The notes under the pieces are model-generated. The model made no database searches and was not told where the DNA came from. It saw nothing but the letters and a program-made list of their open reading frames with translations. A stretch of DNA of 56,767 bases from Phoronis australis (lineage: Eukaryota; Animalia; Phoronida), in contig NMRA01000113.1 in assembly GCA_002633005.1 (NCBI GenBank), positions 635,792 through 692,558 on the forward strand, read 5' to 3'. A program made the position numbers and the translations under genes. Positions 12,503 through 25,648 of the stretch are shown one piece after another. The number at the start of each line of letters is the position of its first letter. The first letter of the stretch is position 1.

Positions 12503-12754
12503 CTAACCACACATGGCTTCCATTGCCACCATCTTCTCTGCCACTGTCAGTGGTAGTGTGACCACCTTGAGTAGTGCATCACACACACCCTTGAGAGCAG
12601 ATATACAGGCTGTGAAGGGCAGCAGAAATATGTACCACCATGCTACGAAGAATGCAATTGGCCAGGCTAGAAAGATGAGCACCAAAAACCAGAGTATTGC
12701 CCATATAAGGCCAGGACACAGTCCTCCACGCCCACTGCCTTCTCCTTGACCCAT
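12503..12754 (-). CDS. Uncharacterised 83-aa membrane protein (paralog A), single coding exon
   Basis: The ORF is intact with a good start context (aatcATGG). A splice acceptor TTTTATTTTCAG lies 17 nt upstream (exon starts 12771), with an in-frame upstream TAA. It has a 32-aa hydrophobic stretch and ~72% aa identity to paralog B with mostly conservative changes. Confidence 0.85.
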   Translation of the reverse strand: MGQGEGSGRGGLCPGLIWAILWFLVLIFLAWPIAFFVAWWYIFLLPFTACISALKGVCDALLKVVTLPLTVAEKMVAMEAMCG

Positions 12755-15700
12755 GATTGGTTAACTATGTTCTGAAAATAAAAGAATACAATGCATTACA
12801 ATTGTCTTAACTATAAAATTATTACATCATTGTTTTAAGTAAACAAGGTTCATTTTTGAAAAGAAGACAAAATTGCAGTTTTTACTTGGTGAAAGCGAAG
12901 TATGTGAGTGTTCTTTAATCGTACTCATGCTACAGGTGGCATTTTTTATCCGAAAATTTACTCACAACACATGTCTTGTGAATAGCTCGAAGCCAATTGT
13001 TTTCGGTTAAAAGTCGGATGCATGATGTGGGGGTCCATTTTTTTACGGAACCATATCTGCTGTCTCCAAAGTAATTTTTTGAACTTGTGGGTAGATTTCT
13101 TCATGAGCTCCTAGAACTGTACCTTCCATTTTTCTCTACGACTTACCTTTCTCAAATTATATTATGTGAGGTTTGTTATGTATATAAACATCTGATTTAT
13201 CGTGCATGAGATATTCATAATTTTTTTGCCAGATGGCGATTCTTTTATTGATTAAAGTCTTCATTACACTTTCATTGGTCTATCATACTGATGCTGCAGG
13301 TCGCATTTCTTATCTGATCGATATGAAAATCACACACAACGTGTCCTGTCAATGCACGTAAGATGGTGCTTTAATTGGTGGACATTTTTGCTGTCCCTTG
13401 AATTTTTCTGAAACTGATGGATCTTTTCAAGAGTTGTCGCAAGTGTCCCATCTGTTTTTCTGTGCAACTTGACGTTTCAGTGTTATTTGAGATTTTCTGA
13501 TAGCTTCTCATTATTTGATTGATTGATTTATACACATCATGTATCTCGTGAAAAGCTTTACCTATTGTTTTTTGGTGAAATTGGTATCAAGATGACGCTG
13601 TGATAGCCTGGGCTGCCCTATTCAAAAAACCCCAAAGTGGTAATGGTTATAACAATTGCCTCCTCTGCTAGGACCATAACCCTATTTGTTAATTGTTTAC
13701 TTATACAGGCAAACTGGAACAGTTGTATGCTAGGAACAGGGTTCATTGACCTTGCATGTCAGTTTCAAAGGACCTGTTGTGTGTGACCAACACCAATGAT
13801 TTACAACAGTCCTCCACCCTCCCCACCAAAATACTAAGCCCTTATTGCATAATTCTAAGCCCAAACCTTAAGTGCTTTTTTGAAGTAAGTACTTGCGGAG
13901 ATCTAGTTTTGCGATTAATATGTAGATAGTTCTCCTCAAAACCTGCCTGTAGTCTGTCATAGGTTTCTCACAATGACTTTGCGTTCCAAGTTATTTGTGA
14001 TTTTCTGATTTGATAACTGCTCTTTTATTGACCGATTCCTCAGTGCATTTTTGTTGGTTAGGCGTTGGTGCCATGGGTGTTGGGGGTCATGGTCATTGCT
14101 TAGTTTCGTCATCGACCTCACTTCCAACCAAGTTTTTCATTTGATTTTGCCATGTGTTACACTTTAATGGTGGTAGTATTACCGAGGAATCCAAATTTTA
14201 AGCAGATTTTGCTTCCGCAAAGTTGTCACTATTTCAGTTGTTTCCAGAGAGATGTTACCTTGCCAAACCAAAATATCAAGCGAGTGCTACAGGCGTACTA
14301 GTTTGAAATTGACAACCGACTTCATTACAAAAGTGGGAAAGGGATATGCAAGTAAATGAACTTCATTACAGTAGTTCGTGTTTCTTTTAAACAGATATAA
14401 TGGATAAGGTTGGTGTCATTTGTCAGAATTCCAAAAAGTTTTGCATGGTTGGGCATGCTGTACTTTGATTTAAGTTTTATGTTGAGAGAGGACCAGAAAT
14501 ATAATTGTGGTGAGAATTGAAAAACTGAGATTCACTAATTTTGCAAACCCTTAACCCACAAAGATTATCAGCGGTGTTTTTCGCCGTTAAAAAATCTCAT
14601 TTACGCTCTGCCATTGTTTTACCGTGAGCCAACATACACATTGTTGTTGCATTACAGTCACTCCTTATTTTGTCTTAAATGCACATTACTTTCGGATTCA
14701 AACACAAAAAATGCAGAGCAGCTGATCAAAACTAATGTCGGTGACCATGACATCAATACTGACAAGTAGTGATGTGGGCTTTGGCAAACTCTGAAAATAC
14801 AGGTCCCAGTACCTGTTGAATAAATGTGGTTAAACTGAAATTCAGTTGCTTGTTCTATTCGTTATCTTTGGGTTACTGTTCATAAAGTATTCTGTGCAAA
14901 TGATCAAGTGAACAAAATGAAAAAATGTATGTATTACTGTATTTATTTTTGCCATGAATTATGATAAGATGTCTGCTAATTTTCAATCTTTCATAATTGG
15001 AATTTCTATTAATCTGTTGTTTTGCAGTTTAGCCATGGTTACAGCTGGTAACTGAAACATCTTCCTCAGTGCTCTTGTAACATTTTATTGTCATTAACCA
15101 GGTATTCTTAGGTCAGAATCAGCTTCAGAATTACAACCCCCATAACCTTGAAGTCATTAACTCTGTAAGCTCAATATTCACACCCTAGACAAAACTCACT
15201 GTCATGTGACCCCAGCATGTGACTAGCATACATCATGACTGACATGATATTTAAGCCAGCTGTCAAATGATGTATTTACCAGGAAGGAAATCTGATGAAC
15301 AATAACACTCAATTATTTGAAAATAAGCTAAAACTTGTGTCACAGTTTCAGTGATTTTTGACAAGAATAAATACTGTCAACTTTTTTAAAATTGTATTTT
15401 ATCTATGTTTTTCATTGCTACTCATAACATTTCTATAAATACATTATTGTTGCGCCAAATGTGTGTTGTTCGGAGCAACATAGTCAATTATGTGGCAAAT
15501 CTTCTTCACTCATTTTCAGACATTTCGGTTTTCGAAGCTTTTGGCATGTTTTGAACTTGGGTTCCTTTTCAGTGCGCTAGTCAATTCGCATGAATTTTTT
15601 ATCACTATTTTGCGGTCTATGGCTGAGGAACTGTGTCTTTGTTTGTTTTTTTTTTTTTTTTTACTCTTCAAAAAAACAGAAAATTGATTCTTACAAATAA

Positions 15701-18700
15701 AGACTTTCAAAACGGGGCTTTGATGGCTGTCGTTTGAGGGCAAATAAAAAATCTGCGACACATTCGCTGTGTAATGTTCAATAGTAAGAATCTAGTTTAA
15801 ACTTGCCTGCTTGCAGGTTTTTAACACATTTACATAAAGTGACAATTTCCTATGGTTATAAATAGTATTGTAACATTTGGGGGCATAAATGAAAGCTTTT
15901 CCTGCCATCAAAGATTCAGAAAATAAGTGCTTATCTGATGGCCAGATATACAATTATGATGAAATGTAATAAAAGGTCTTCACCAACATTGGCAGTTACG
16001 TACCTAAAGACGTGTGCATGTCTCTTAGTTTTTCCTATCATTACAAAGTACGATATGTACCATTTTAAAAATAATTCTTAGGCTAAGTCAGATTACAAAA
16101 TGCCCTAAGGTTGGCATCATATTTTAGTAAATGTATGTATTCTATCCAAGTTGATCTAATATACAGTTGGTCTTGGAATTGACAGATAGTTGCAGGCTCA
16201 TATATTAACTTAAACAAGTTTAGTATACTTGCCAGATATTGCCCCTGTAAGAACTTGTTCCTCACAGTCAATGAAGTCTGAATATAAGTCAGTTGCCTTA
16301 ATGAAATCAAATGTGAGTCCTGTGACCTACCTCCTTCCTGTGGTCAGTAGAGCGACTGTCTTGTGACTAGTGATCCTTGCATGTGCTGAGTGGTGCACCA
16401 ACATGTTATCATGTCAGTATGTTGTCAGATTACAGTTTATAATGCACTTTATTTAGAGATTCAAAGATAGGATACATAGTAATTACAACAGCATGTTTAC
16501 CCATGATACACACTCAGCTGTTGCCATGGGAAACCATGAGTAGCTTAGTAGCTTGCTTTAATACACAGTTTTGTTAGATTGAATTGAAAACAGAAATATT
16601 GCTTTTTGTGAAAAATGTTATATGAAAAACTGGTTTTGCTGATAAACTGCCCCTGTAAATTGAAGATTTGTTTTCTAAACATTTGATACTACAGAAAGTC
16701 TCTATGAATCGTGTTCTGGTGTAAAAATATTACGGTGACAGCCATGATAACTTGGCTACTAAAATTAAATTGCATTGACAAGCCTATTCTTAAGTAATAG
16801 CAAATTGTCTGTTCTTTTCAAGTCTAATTAGAAATCATTTCTTACCTGAGACTTGTGGATCAAGATGGGGCCTAGCTTTATAACAATGAGTGGCCAAGGT
16901 TGGTTTATGACAGAAAATGCAGCTTTGTTGTCCTTCTAAAATGAATTTGAGTGGAAAGTATGTCTTCTTATTTCACTGTGCCTTGTTGCACGAGTCTATG
17001 GTTGCATACTTTAGAAATTTCTTGAAATTTAACTAGTTAAAAAGGGGTGGTTATCTGATGAAGCCAGTGTCTGTAACACATGGTGTATGTTCAGTGACTA
17101 AGTATGTCATATGTGTTCAGTTGGTTGTTACAAGAATGACAGACTTGAGTATACTGTAAGCTTATGCAAAAAACTGGACAAATCAAACTGCTCAGGATGC
17201 TAGTCACTTTGCTTTGCTTTTAAGATTAATACTGAACCTAACTTGTTTGTGAAAATCGTGTTATATTTGTTTCCCAGCAATATCCTAGCAACAGTTACAA
17301 GGGCTCGACAGGATGTAATTCCGCTGATTCCTGCCTCTAACATGTCATATGTTACCATTCATGTGAGTATTCCAGTATACCCTGCTGTTAGACACAAGCT
17401 GTACTCACCTGCAGCTGCCGGATTCCCCAGCTGGAGTGTTGTTAGGTATATCAACTGCTGACACTATTTACTGACTGGGTGGAGTGCATGAGTAGGTCAT
17501 GTGTCAGGTCAGAGTTGACTAGGCATCACTCACTGCACATGCAAGGGATATACCAGGGAAATCCCCAATAGATGAGTAAATGGATGGGTGGGGTTATGTT
17601 GATCAGCCACTTACCAGTATAGTGAGATTGCCTTAGCTGCAAATACTTTATGGCCTTACAGACTGGACCAAGTTCAAGCACCAAGTGAAGCAGTGTCTGT
17701 ATGGCTGTCTATGGTTATTAATAACACAGTCTTGCAATATGTGACCTTGGACTCTTGGTTACTCAGGCGTGCCAGTAAACTCCTTTATTTCAAACAGTCA
17801 CTTTAACTTCTGAGTTAAACTTTTTCTATAATTTTAGACACCATTAATTTGAATTTACTAGTGAACTAATGATTTTATTTTGTTTCTGAGTTAGTACCAT
17901 CAAACTCAAAATGTAAATATTGTTTGCTTACTGTTTGAAATTAAAGAATGTGTACTCACTCTAGGGCTGGCCTTAGAATACGTGTTTTTGAACGCACTTT
18001 TGTTTGATTGGATTTTTTTTTTGTTTGATTAGTGCATTGGTTGTTAGGTATAATGCAAACTGAAATGTCGTGATATCACTATGGCACATTTCTATTTGTT
18101 CCAACTGAAACAGTTGTGGAATTGTCTGTTACTGTACGGTTATACCTATTCATATGTATGGCAAAATAATATAGCAAAATTGTACTGTATTTACGAAAGT
18201 ATAAAATGTATTTTCCTGTTTTGAGACTGACGGGCCAATACTCTGATGTCACCGTGACCTACAGGTGTCATCCTCTGAGTAACCAGGTGACAGCAAATAT
18301 ACAATTATTGCCTTTCAGTGAGGTCACTATCTTGGTTTTCAGACGCCAAAAATGTGATAATGACCAAGGTGGAGCCAAGGCTATTGTCTAATTATTGAGA
18401 TTTAAAAACCATCATATTGACTGAAAGTCAATAATTGTTTTATCATATGATTGCATAGTTATGTTAGTTAATTCATGGAAGGAGGCTATGTTTGGACTTT
18501 TGATATTGATAACTTGTTCGGTCAGTCAGCTACTAGTTTTTTTACTCCAAACGTTGTTGAGATTTTGAAAAAACTTTCAGGAGATGCTAAGAATGGACAA
18601 AGGAACAATCCATTACATTTCAAGAAGAAATATGTTTTGCAGTCATAAGAACAGCAAAACATTCCACAGATGTCATTTGATTATTGCAATACAATTACAA

Positions 18701-19518
18701 GCTACATGTCAGCACACTAAAATTGGTGTAATGACAGATATCGAAAGTCAGTGAACTTAGACTCTGAAAGCACATGACAGGGAAAATGTGATGCCTTGAT
18801 GCAGGTTTACATTCACCTGGTGGTTTATGTTTTACAGTTTGAAAACAAAGATGCCAGAATGTAGGTGACATAAGAAGATTTAAAGATTTATCAGTTTGGA
18901 GACGTGCTGGTGGTACAGTCGTTAAATAGTAGGTTTGCGAACAAGAACATCCCGGGAATGAATCACTATGAGATCTATATTACTTCAAAGAAAGTTTTTA
19001 AAAGGAATGAAAATTGCATTACCATAAGCAGCAATTGGTATGACGGTAAGAATGGTCAACAGGGAGAATTATTGACTCCGAAATAGGACTTAATGACTAT
19101 AATTTGTCCAAATCATACAAGAATGTGTGTTATGCCATGTCATGTTACACTTTATTTAAAATCTTGAAATTGATATGAAAATCATAGCTTTGCTCAACTG
19201 TCATATCCTGAATTCAACTCTCCTCTTTGACCTAGTCTTCAAAAAAATACTGCTCAACCTTTCTGAGCGGAGATGGACAAGAAAAGTTTACAGGGCGTTT
19301 GATGCTCATAATCCTTTTATCGCACACATTACCATTGTTCAAAAGTGTCAGATAAACTACTGTACTTGTTATAGTCATTTTCTTTTTACTGCAATCTATT
19401 TTAGAGACACGACTCAAAGTGTAATAAACTCCTCTTGCTTGATCATCCCTCTCTCCACTGATCATTACTCCATCATATAGATTGTTGTGTATAATATTGC
19501 ACCCCCTTGTTCCTGAAC

Positions 19519-19761
19519 TCAGCACATGGCTTCCATGTTAATGATCTTCTCTGCTACTGAAAGTGGCAGATTGACTACTTGCAAGAGAGCATCACAGACT
19601 GGCTTCAGTGGTGAAATGCATGCTGTGAATGGCAGCAGTACAATGTAGAGCCATACTATAATGAAAGCCAGTGGCCAGGCCAGAAAGATGAGTATCAACA
19701 CCCAAATGATGGACCAGAGAAGGCCAGGGCATAGAGCCCCACCCCCTTCACCATGTCCCAT
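19519..19761 (-). CDS. Uncharacterised 80-aa membrane protein (paralog B), single coding exon
   Basis: The ORF is intact (gctATGG). The acceptor TCTCTTATTCTAG puts the exon start at 19809, with an in-frame upstream TAG. It is co-linear with paralog A (52/71 identical from LCPG to the last Cys). Confidence 0.85.
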   Translation of the reverse strand: MGHGEGGGALCPGLLWSIIWVLILIFLAWPLAFIIVWLYIVLLPFTACISPLKPVCDALLQVVNLPLSVAEKIINMEAMC

Positions 19762-22329
19762 AGCAGCCTGGCTGAGCTTCTACTGACGTGACTGTCTCTT
19801 GGCTTTAACCTAGAATAAGAGATAGTAATTGTAATCATCAGCTATTTGTTAAACTTGATTGGTTGATATATTAAACTAAGATGCTGTTTTGCTGCAAACA
19901 CTATTAAATGGGTAAAGTGAGGCTAGATGCCTCTTAGAAAACTAACTGGTATTCCAGTGAAGTGTCTGTGTCTGCACATACGGACATGTCTATGTATGAA
20001 TACCGTGAGTCAACATGACAAGTTTGTACTGCCTCCTCAGTGTTCTTACCACTGTTTCTATTCCAGCCTCTTTTGTTGACTAATTATTCACATTTTCAGA
20101 CTGTGTTCAAGTATACCCATGCCAAGAAAGTTGAAAGGAAGAAGCTCTAACAACTTTCAGGATTCATTCATGGTTCGTCATGCTGGGTAATTGTGTTTTG
20201 AAATACTAAAGCAGTGTTTTATTCTGTTATGCATATATTTTCTTACTGGACATGTAAAACCGCAGTTGGAAATACATGCTCTGTTTTTTCTGTTGATGTG
20301 TGACAATCTGAATTTAGCTAAGTATTTGGTAGCAGCTGGTAACAGAAGAGACAATGTACATTTGTGTTTTTGTAAGGTATTTTAAGGGGGTTTATTACAA
20401 TCGCACCATGTGGTAGCTTTTATTGAGATTTACAACAGGCAGCAGACGTTTTGGTGATTCTTTTATTTTACCCAATTGATAAGTGGAAGAATTACAATAT
20501 GTCAAATTCTCTCTTGCTTTGAGTCATTTGAATTTTGTTTATATCTGTACAGTATAATGTATTGCTATTTTTTATTCACACTTAAAGGTTTGTTAACTCG
20601 GTAAATGACTAAATTGTGGTATTTAATTTAACTTCTTGCTTCTTACAAACTGTTAACAATTATTCATTGTGGATGTCTTCAATTAATTTCATGATAAGCA
20701 TGTGCCCACTATGGGGCAATATTCATGATTTTTAAGTGTTTTTAATGCAATTAACATTTTTGTATGTTTAAAAGTTTGCCATATTCTTGATTAACATATC
20801 ACATGTCGTAATTTCTTTGCAGTAAAATATCCATGTTTCATATCCCAGCACAGTTGTGCATGGTCTTCCATGTAAATTGGGTTCCCACCAACTGAACATG
20901 CCCCAATGAGTGCGTCCTTGGCCGTAGGACAAGTCTGTCAACAAGACTTGTTTACAGGTTTGTGATTATGGGTTCGTGTTTGTCAATTCAATATGAACAC
21001 AGATTATTGGGTGCACATAACCCCTGAAAAAGTTGCTTGGAACTTGATCTAAGCAAGCAAGCCCATCAGTATTTCCTACAAGTCACTTAATGCTTCAGAT
21101 TTTGGAAGTACACATCAACATGGATGTTACCTTAAAAACAGTTGTATCTCATCAAACTAACTCTTCTACATGGACTGTCATATTTATTATTTCTTCTGCC
21201 TATCACATAATTTGTTCTGCTTTGTGGAATAAAAAACAATGCTTTAGTGAAAATACGTTACCAGCAACTTGTTCCAAGTGAGAATTATTCCTCAGTCTTT
21301 ATGATGTCATAAGCAGAATTACTGAGTCTGTGCAATCACGCTGATGTCATACATAGGCAAAGCTACTGATTGTAATATGATTAAAAGAATTTGATAAAAT
21401 GTGTTATGTTTAACATTTCTGCTCAGTAAGCAGTGTGAATGAAAAGTTTGCTTATACACAATATTTTATATCTAGCGCTGTGGCAAATTGAGGGAGTTCT
21501 GCACATGTAAACCCAGTCATCATTTTTGTATGTCTGACACTGATTAGACTACACTATTTTCACTTTATCTACTCTTGTGAGCAAATTCATAAGTTAAACT
21601 CCATTCTTCTCGTGGTGTCCTATATTTATAAGTTATTATTTGTGGTAGATTCAGTCATAAGCATAATTTACAGGCTGACTTAGGATGTCTTAAGAGGGGG
21701 GGGCAACCATACTTTTTGAAGGAAAAATACCCAGGTAGTCTCTAAAAAGGGCATGCATGTGAATGTTAAAAATTTTCAATTGGGACATGGAAATTCAAGC
21801 CAGTCTAAAAATAGTCTTGTCAGGTCATAAAATTGTCATAAATAGATACCAACACAACTTTTTATGCATCCCCACAGTGGATGATATTAGTGTGAAGGAT
21901 CTTTTGTCATTGATCGTTATTCTTAAATTTGAGATGGCCAATAAAAATTGCCTATGTCTAAAATTTTATACAAGCTCTGACCTTGAGCAAAAGTTTCAGA
22001 CAAGGATAATATTTACTGTAATTCTATATCATGGCTATTGGTTATCTGTTTACCACTGTGGCTCTGTAAATAAGACAATGTTCTGAGCGTACTGACAAGT
22101 GAACTTGAACAGCCTGGTCTCAAACAATAACAAATAACAAATTTTCAATTCCTTCGACACTCTGACATCACCTCTAATTTTACTACGGAATAACTTGGTA
22201 CCAATTTTGTATTGGTAGATGGTCTGAATCACAAGTTGGTTTTTGTGATGCAAGGTGGATTTATTTAGCCACTTTGAGTTGCAGTATTTTTACACAGATT
22301 GGTAAAATTTGACACCGTTTTTAGAAGGG

Positions 22330-22458
22330 TAGCGCTCGACACAGCCACTTGAAAATTCAAGTGAAAACATATTTGCCACTCATATTCCCCAATGTTGGCT
22401 CATAAAAAGTGGTGACCACTCGTAATTTTGAGCATTTGCTTACTAATGTCGAGCCCTG
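22330..22458. mobile_element. Short MITE with ends of the same hAT family as 6676-8510
   Basis: The left end TAGCGCTCGAC is degenerate and the right end is TAATGTCGAGCCCTG. AAGGGT occurs on both flanks. Another lone right end GTCGAGCCCTG is at ~32104-32114. Confidence 0.55.
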
Positions 22459-22506
22459 AAGGGTCTTTTACTTCTCACTGTTAAATTTCTGTGTCAACTT
22501 TACTAC

Positions 22507-22662
22507 CTTTGAACATTGTCTTCATCTTGTTGAAGGTGTCCAGGGCATTGTTAATGCCTATTAGGCTGGTTGTCATCAGCCCAGCTTTGGGGTCCCCATG
22601 ATAACTTTGCGCCCATAGTCCACCATCTGGCACAGTCTGCTGCACCAGTACAGAATGGGTTC
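22507..22662 (-). other. Orphan exon-like segment (156 bp), product unidentified
   Basis: It has an acceptor CTTCCTGTCGATCAG, a donor AAAG|GTAGTA and a length divisible by 3. One frame is fully open (THSVLVQQTVPDGGLWAQSYHGDPKAGLMTTSLIGINNALDTFNKMKTMFK) and GC is higher than in the flanks. Confidence 0.35.
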
Positions 22663-23402
22663 CTGATCGACAGGAAGCTTAATGTCTTGTCAACAATAGA
22701 CATGAAATCCTATTGATGCGAGTTTTACTGTTCTTACTGAACTTTAAAGCATTCAGTTTTAGTCGCACTACTGATGTTTGATTCACAGAATACTGACAGT
22801 TTTATTTGAATTTGAATACACTATTTTCCTTTCTTACAGCATATGCCTGCTCCTATTGAAGTTATTTCTCTTAATGAACTTGTTTTGCCGCTTTTTTGTG
22901 AGAGAAGGCATATGACAAACTGAAACAAAGCTATTGCTGCATTAATTTTTATGTGACTTTCTTGTCACTTCTAGCGCATACTCAAGTTATTTAGTGTCGT
23001 TTACTTGCAGTCGTGTGTTGTTCTCCTGGTTGCTATGGATGTTGCTATGACTGACCCTGTCATGACATTAAGAGTCATCAGTCGTACAAGCAGTATTCTC
23101 ATGTCCATCATTATATGTGGTATTGCTGAATGTGACTTGGCTGAGATACAGATATTGGAGGATGACAGTGGAGCACTGCAGCCAGTGATTTGACAGATTC
23201 CCATGACCCTGTAAGGATTCACAAGTTGTCCCACATGAGGTGCCTGAATTCTGCAGTGTTGTTCTTTCTCTTAGTTTAACTGATGACTCATATGACATTA
23301 TCATTCTAGATTAAAACAGAGACTCCTGTAGGGTTCCTAGAGAAGTACGGAATAGTCAGACAACAAATGGTGCTGTGCCACAAGTAAATGACTTGATTGT
23401 TA

Positions 23403-23796
23403 GGTAATTCTCCATTTATTTTGCACAAAATAATATTTCCCTGGTAGTCAGGGTGTACTAAATAAACTGACTATACAGACTTCGTAGTTGCCGGGTGTGT
23501 GAAGTTAACTGAGTAATCAACCACTGCCAAATGCCCAGGTGTGAATTAAATGTTGTTGCCGGTGTGATCCAACAGTACGGGATATCCGTATTCCAATGAA
23601 TGAATTGTAGTGAATATACAGTGTTCGGACTTTATTTTAACACATTTTCCAAAGTGCAAAACTGACTGCATGTTAAGTGAGGAAAGAAATTTTCACCAAG
23701 AAGCCTCATCCAAAATGAGTGAGAGGCAAAATGTTATTTTTCCAAATGTTAGGTGTGCAAAATTAGGCGAGTGTGCTAAATAATTGGAGAATTACC
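23403..23796. mobile_element. MITE-like segment bounded by 25-bp inverted repeats
   Basis: GGTAATTCTCCATTTATTTTGCACA matches the reverse complement of 23772-23796 (GGTAATTCTCCAATTATTTAGCACA) at 23/25. Confidence 0.5.
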
Positions 23797-24189
23797 TTTG
23801 CCCCATTGTAGTGAATTAAAGAAGTAGAAAAGTGAACATCTAGTTCAGGGCTTTGTCAAATTTATTGTCTCGACTAGCTTTTTAAAACATCTGTGAGCTG
23901 TAGTCTAGTAAGCTAACCGAAGGGCCTTTATCCAGACACCAGTGCTGGAACTTCACTTTTGATTTTCAAGGTTCATTTTTATGGTTCACTACATGTTTTT
24001 TAACGTTTTGTATTTTTTTCGCATCTCCAACTTTTCATGTTATTGTAAAGTTATCAGTATGGCTGCTTTTTGTATTACTCTGAGCTTATTAATGTTTTTT
24101 AAAACCAATTTACTGTCTACTTTATACAGTTCTGTTTTATAGCTTGGTATTTTCTGATGAGGCCAAGGTGCAAACAAGCCTCGTACTAT

Positions 24190-24360
24190 TCTTGTGCCCC
24201 ATCCAAATGTGTGTGCACTATGCCATCATCTCTTTCCGCTGTTTGCTGCTCTTTGTCCAAAACCCCTTGATGGATGGATGTTCATGAAATTTTGCAGATG
24301 TGTTGCTATCATGGATGGCACAGCACAAAGAAATTTTTGTTCAGATTCAATTACCTCTGT
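24190..24360 (+). mobile_element. Old, diverged 5' fragment of the Helentron-type family found at 25649
   Basis: Co-linear by eye with 25655-25820 (TGCCCCA..TGTGTGCACTATGCCATCATCTCT..CCAAAACCC..GTTCATGAAATTT..). Confidence 0.5.
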
Positions 24361-25648
24361 GGTCGCGAAAATCGTTAGGTCCACATGGATGAACACGAGC
24401 ATTAGTTACGTTGAAAAAACTTATTTGTTTGTAAACTTGTAGTTGCTCAGTTCACCTGTAATGTACAAAAACGTTCTATGAGACAATTGAACAATACCTT
24501 GGTCGTTTACAAAGTTAAAATACTAATATTTAACATTGCATATATACTTATTCAAACGAACGTCAAACTGCTCAGGGCGAGAGTAATAAAGGTACAGAAT
24601 ATGCGTTACAATTACGTTGAAGTTCTGACTAAGTATCTAACAAAACTAAGTACAATGTACTTACACCAATTTGCGGCATAAAAATCACAACGAAACGGGA
24701 ATATACTAAACTCATCGGGAAGGACGTTGAAATACGAATGAGCCAAATTGGCACGTTACAGCTATAAACCATGTGGTCTGCCATACAGTCTTACATATGC
24801 AAAATTGTATTGAAGAATTAGTCGCGTGGAAAATAGTCGTGGTAGAAGCTGCATAGCAAATACATTAACCACCAACAGATGGCGACTTAAGTCAAACTAC
24901 TAACACAGAGTGCGTCGGCACTTACAACTTCTGTGCCCCTTATAAAGATTTTTTAAATTTCGCGTTGGACTGATTTTTTTGAAATTTGGCATGTTGTAGT
25001 TGGAGTGTCAATCACCCACAATGCGTCTTTTGAAATTGACATGCAAGGTCTGTGAAAGTAGTGCTTTGTGAACCCTGTTTTTATTCATACAACTGTTCCA
25101 GTTGGACTGTGTAGCTAAGCACAGATTAACAATGGTCCTGGCTGAGGAGATAATTGTTTTATTATGGCTATGGGTTCCGAGTAGCCAGCCCAGAATGGCA
25201 AATACCGTAGGTTTCTATTATGGAGGGGACGATGTCTTATTTTCAGACAGGTTTTACGTAATCCTTTTATAGAGCCTTTTTTATCATGTTGCTTCGTAGT
25301 AATATTTTTTGTTTTTCTTTAGTTCTTACCATTTTCGATTTATTCGAGATTTCCTGAGGACTGGTCTATAAATAACCAAGTTTTTGTGCTGTATCTTTGG
25401 CGTCCCTTGACAGATCTGTCTGAAAAATTTGATATATAGATAGATATCAGCATTTTGAAATCCATTTCTCATGACATTCAAGATTTACTTTGTTGGCTAG
25501 TTAATTATAGCTGCATTTTCTTAGCCTGTTATTTTTGTGCTAGAGTTTGCATTTTTCGTCTGGTAAACAGAAATTTACGTACAGTGTTTACTTAGGCAAT
25601 AGTCCGAGGACTTGCGAAATCAGTCGCAAGATGACGCTTTGACAGCCG

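Noticed and set aside
12513-12749. Plus-strand 78-aa ORF
   Set aside because: Antisense shadow of the paralog A coding sequence.
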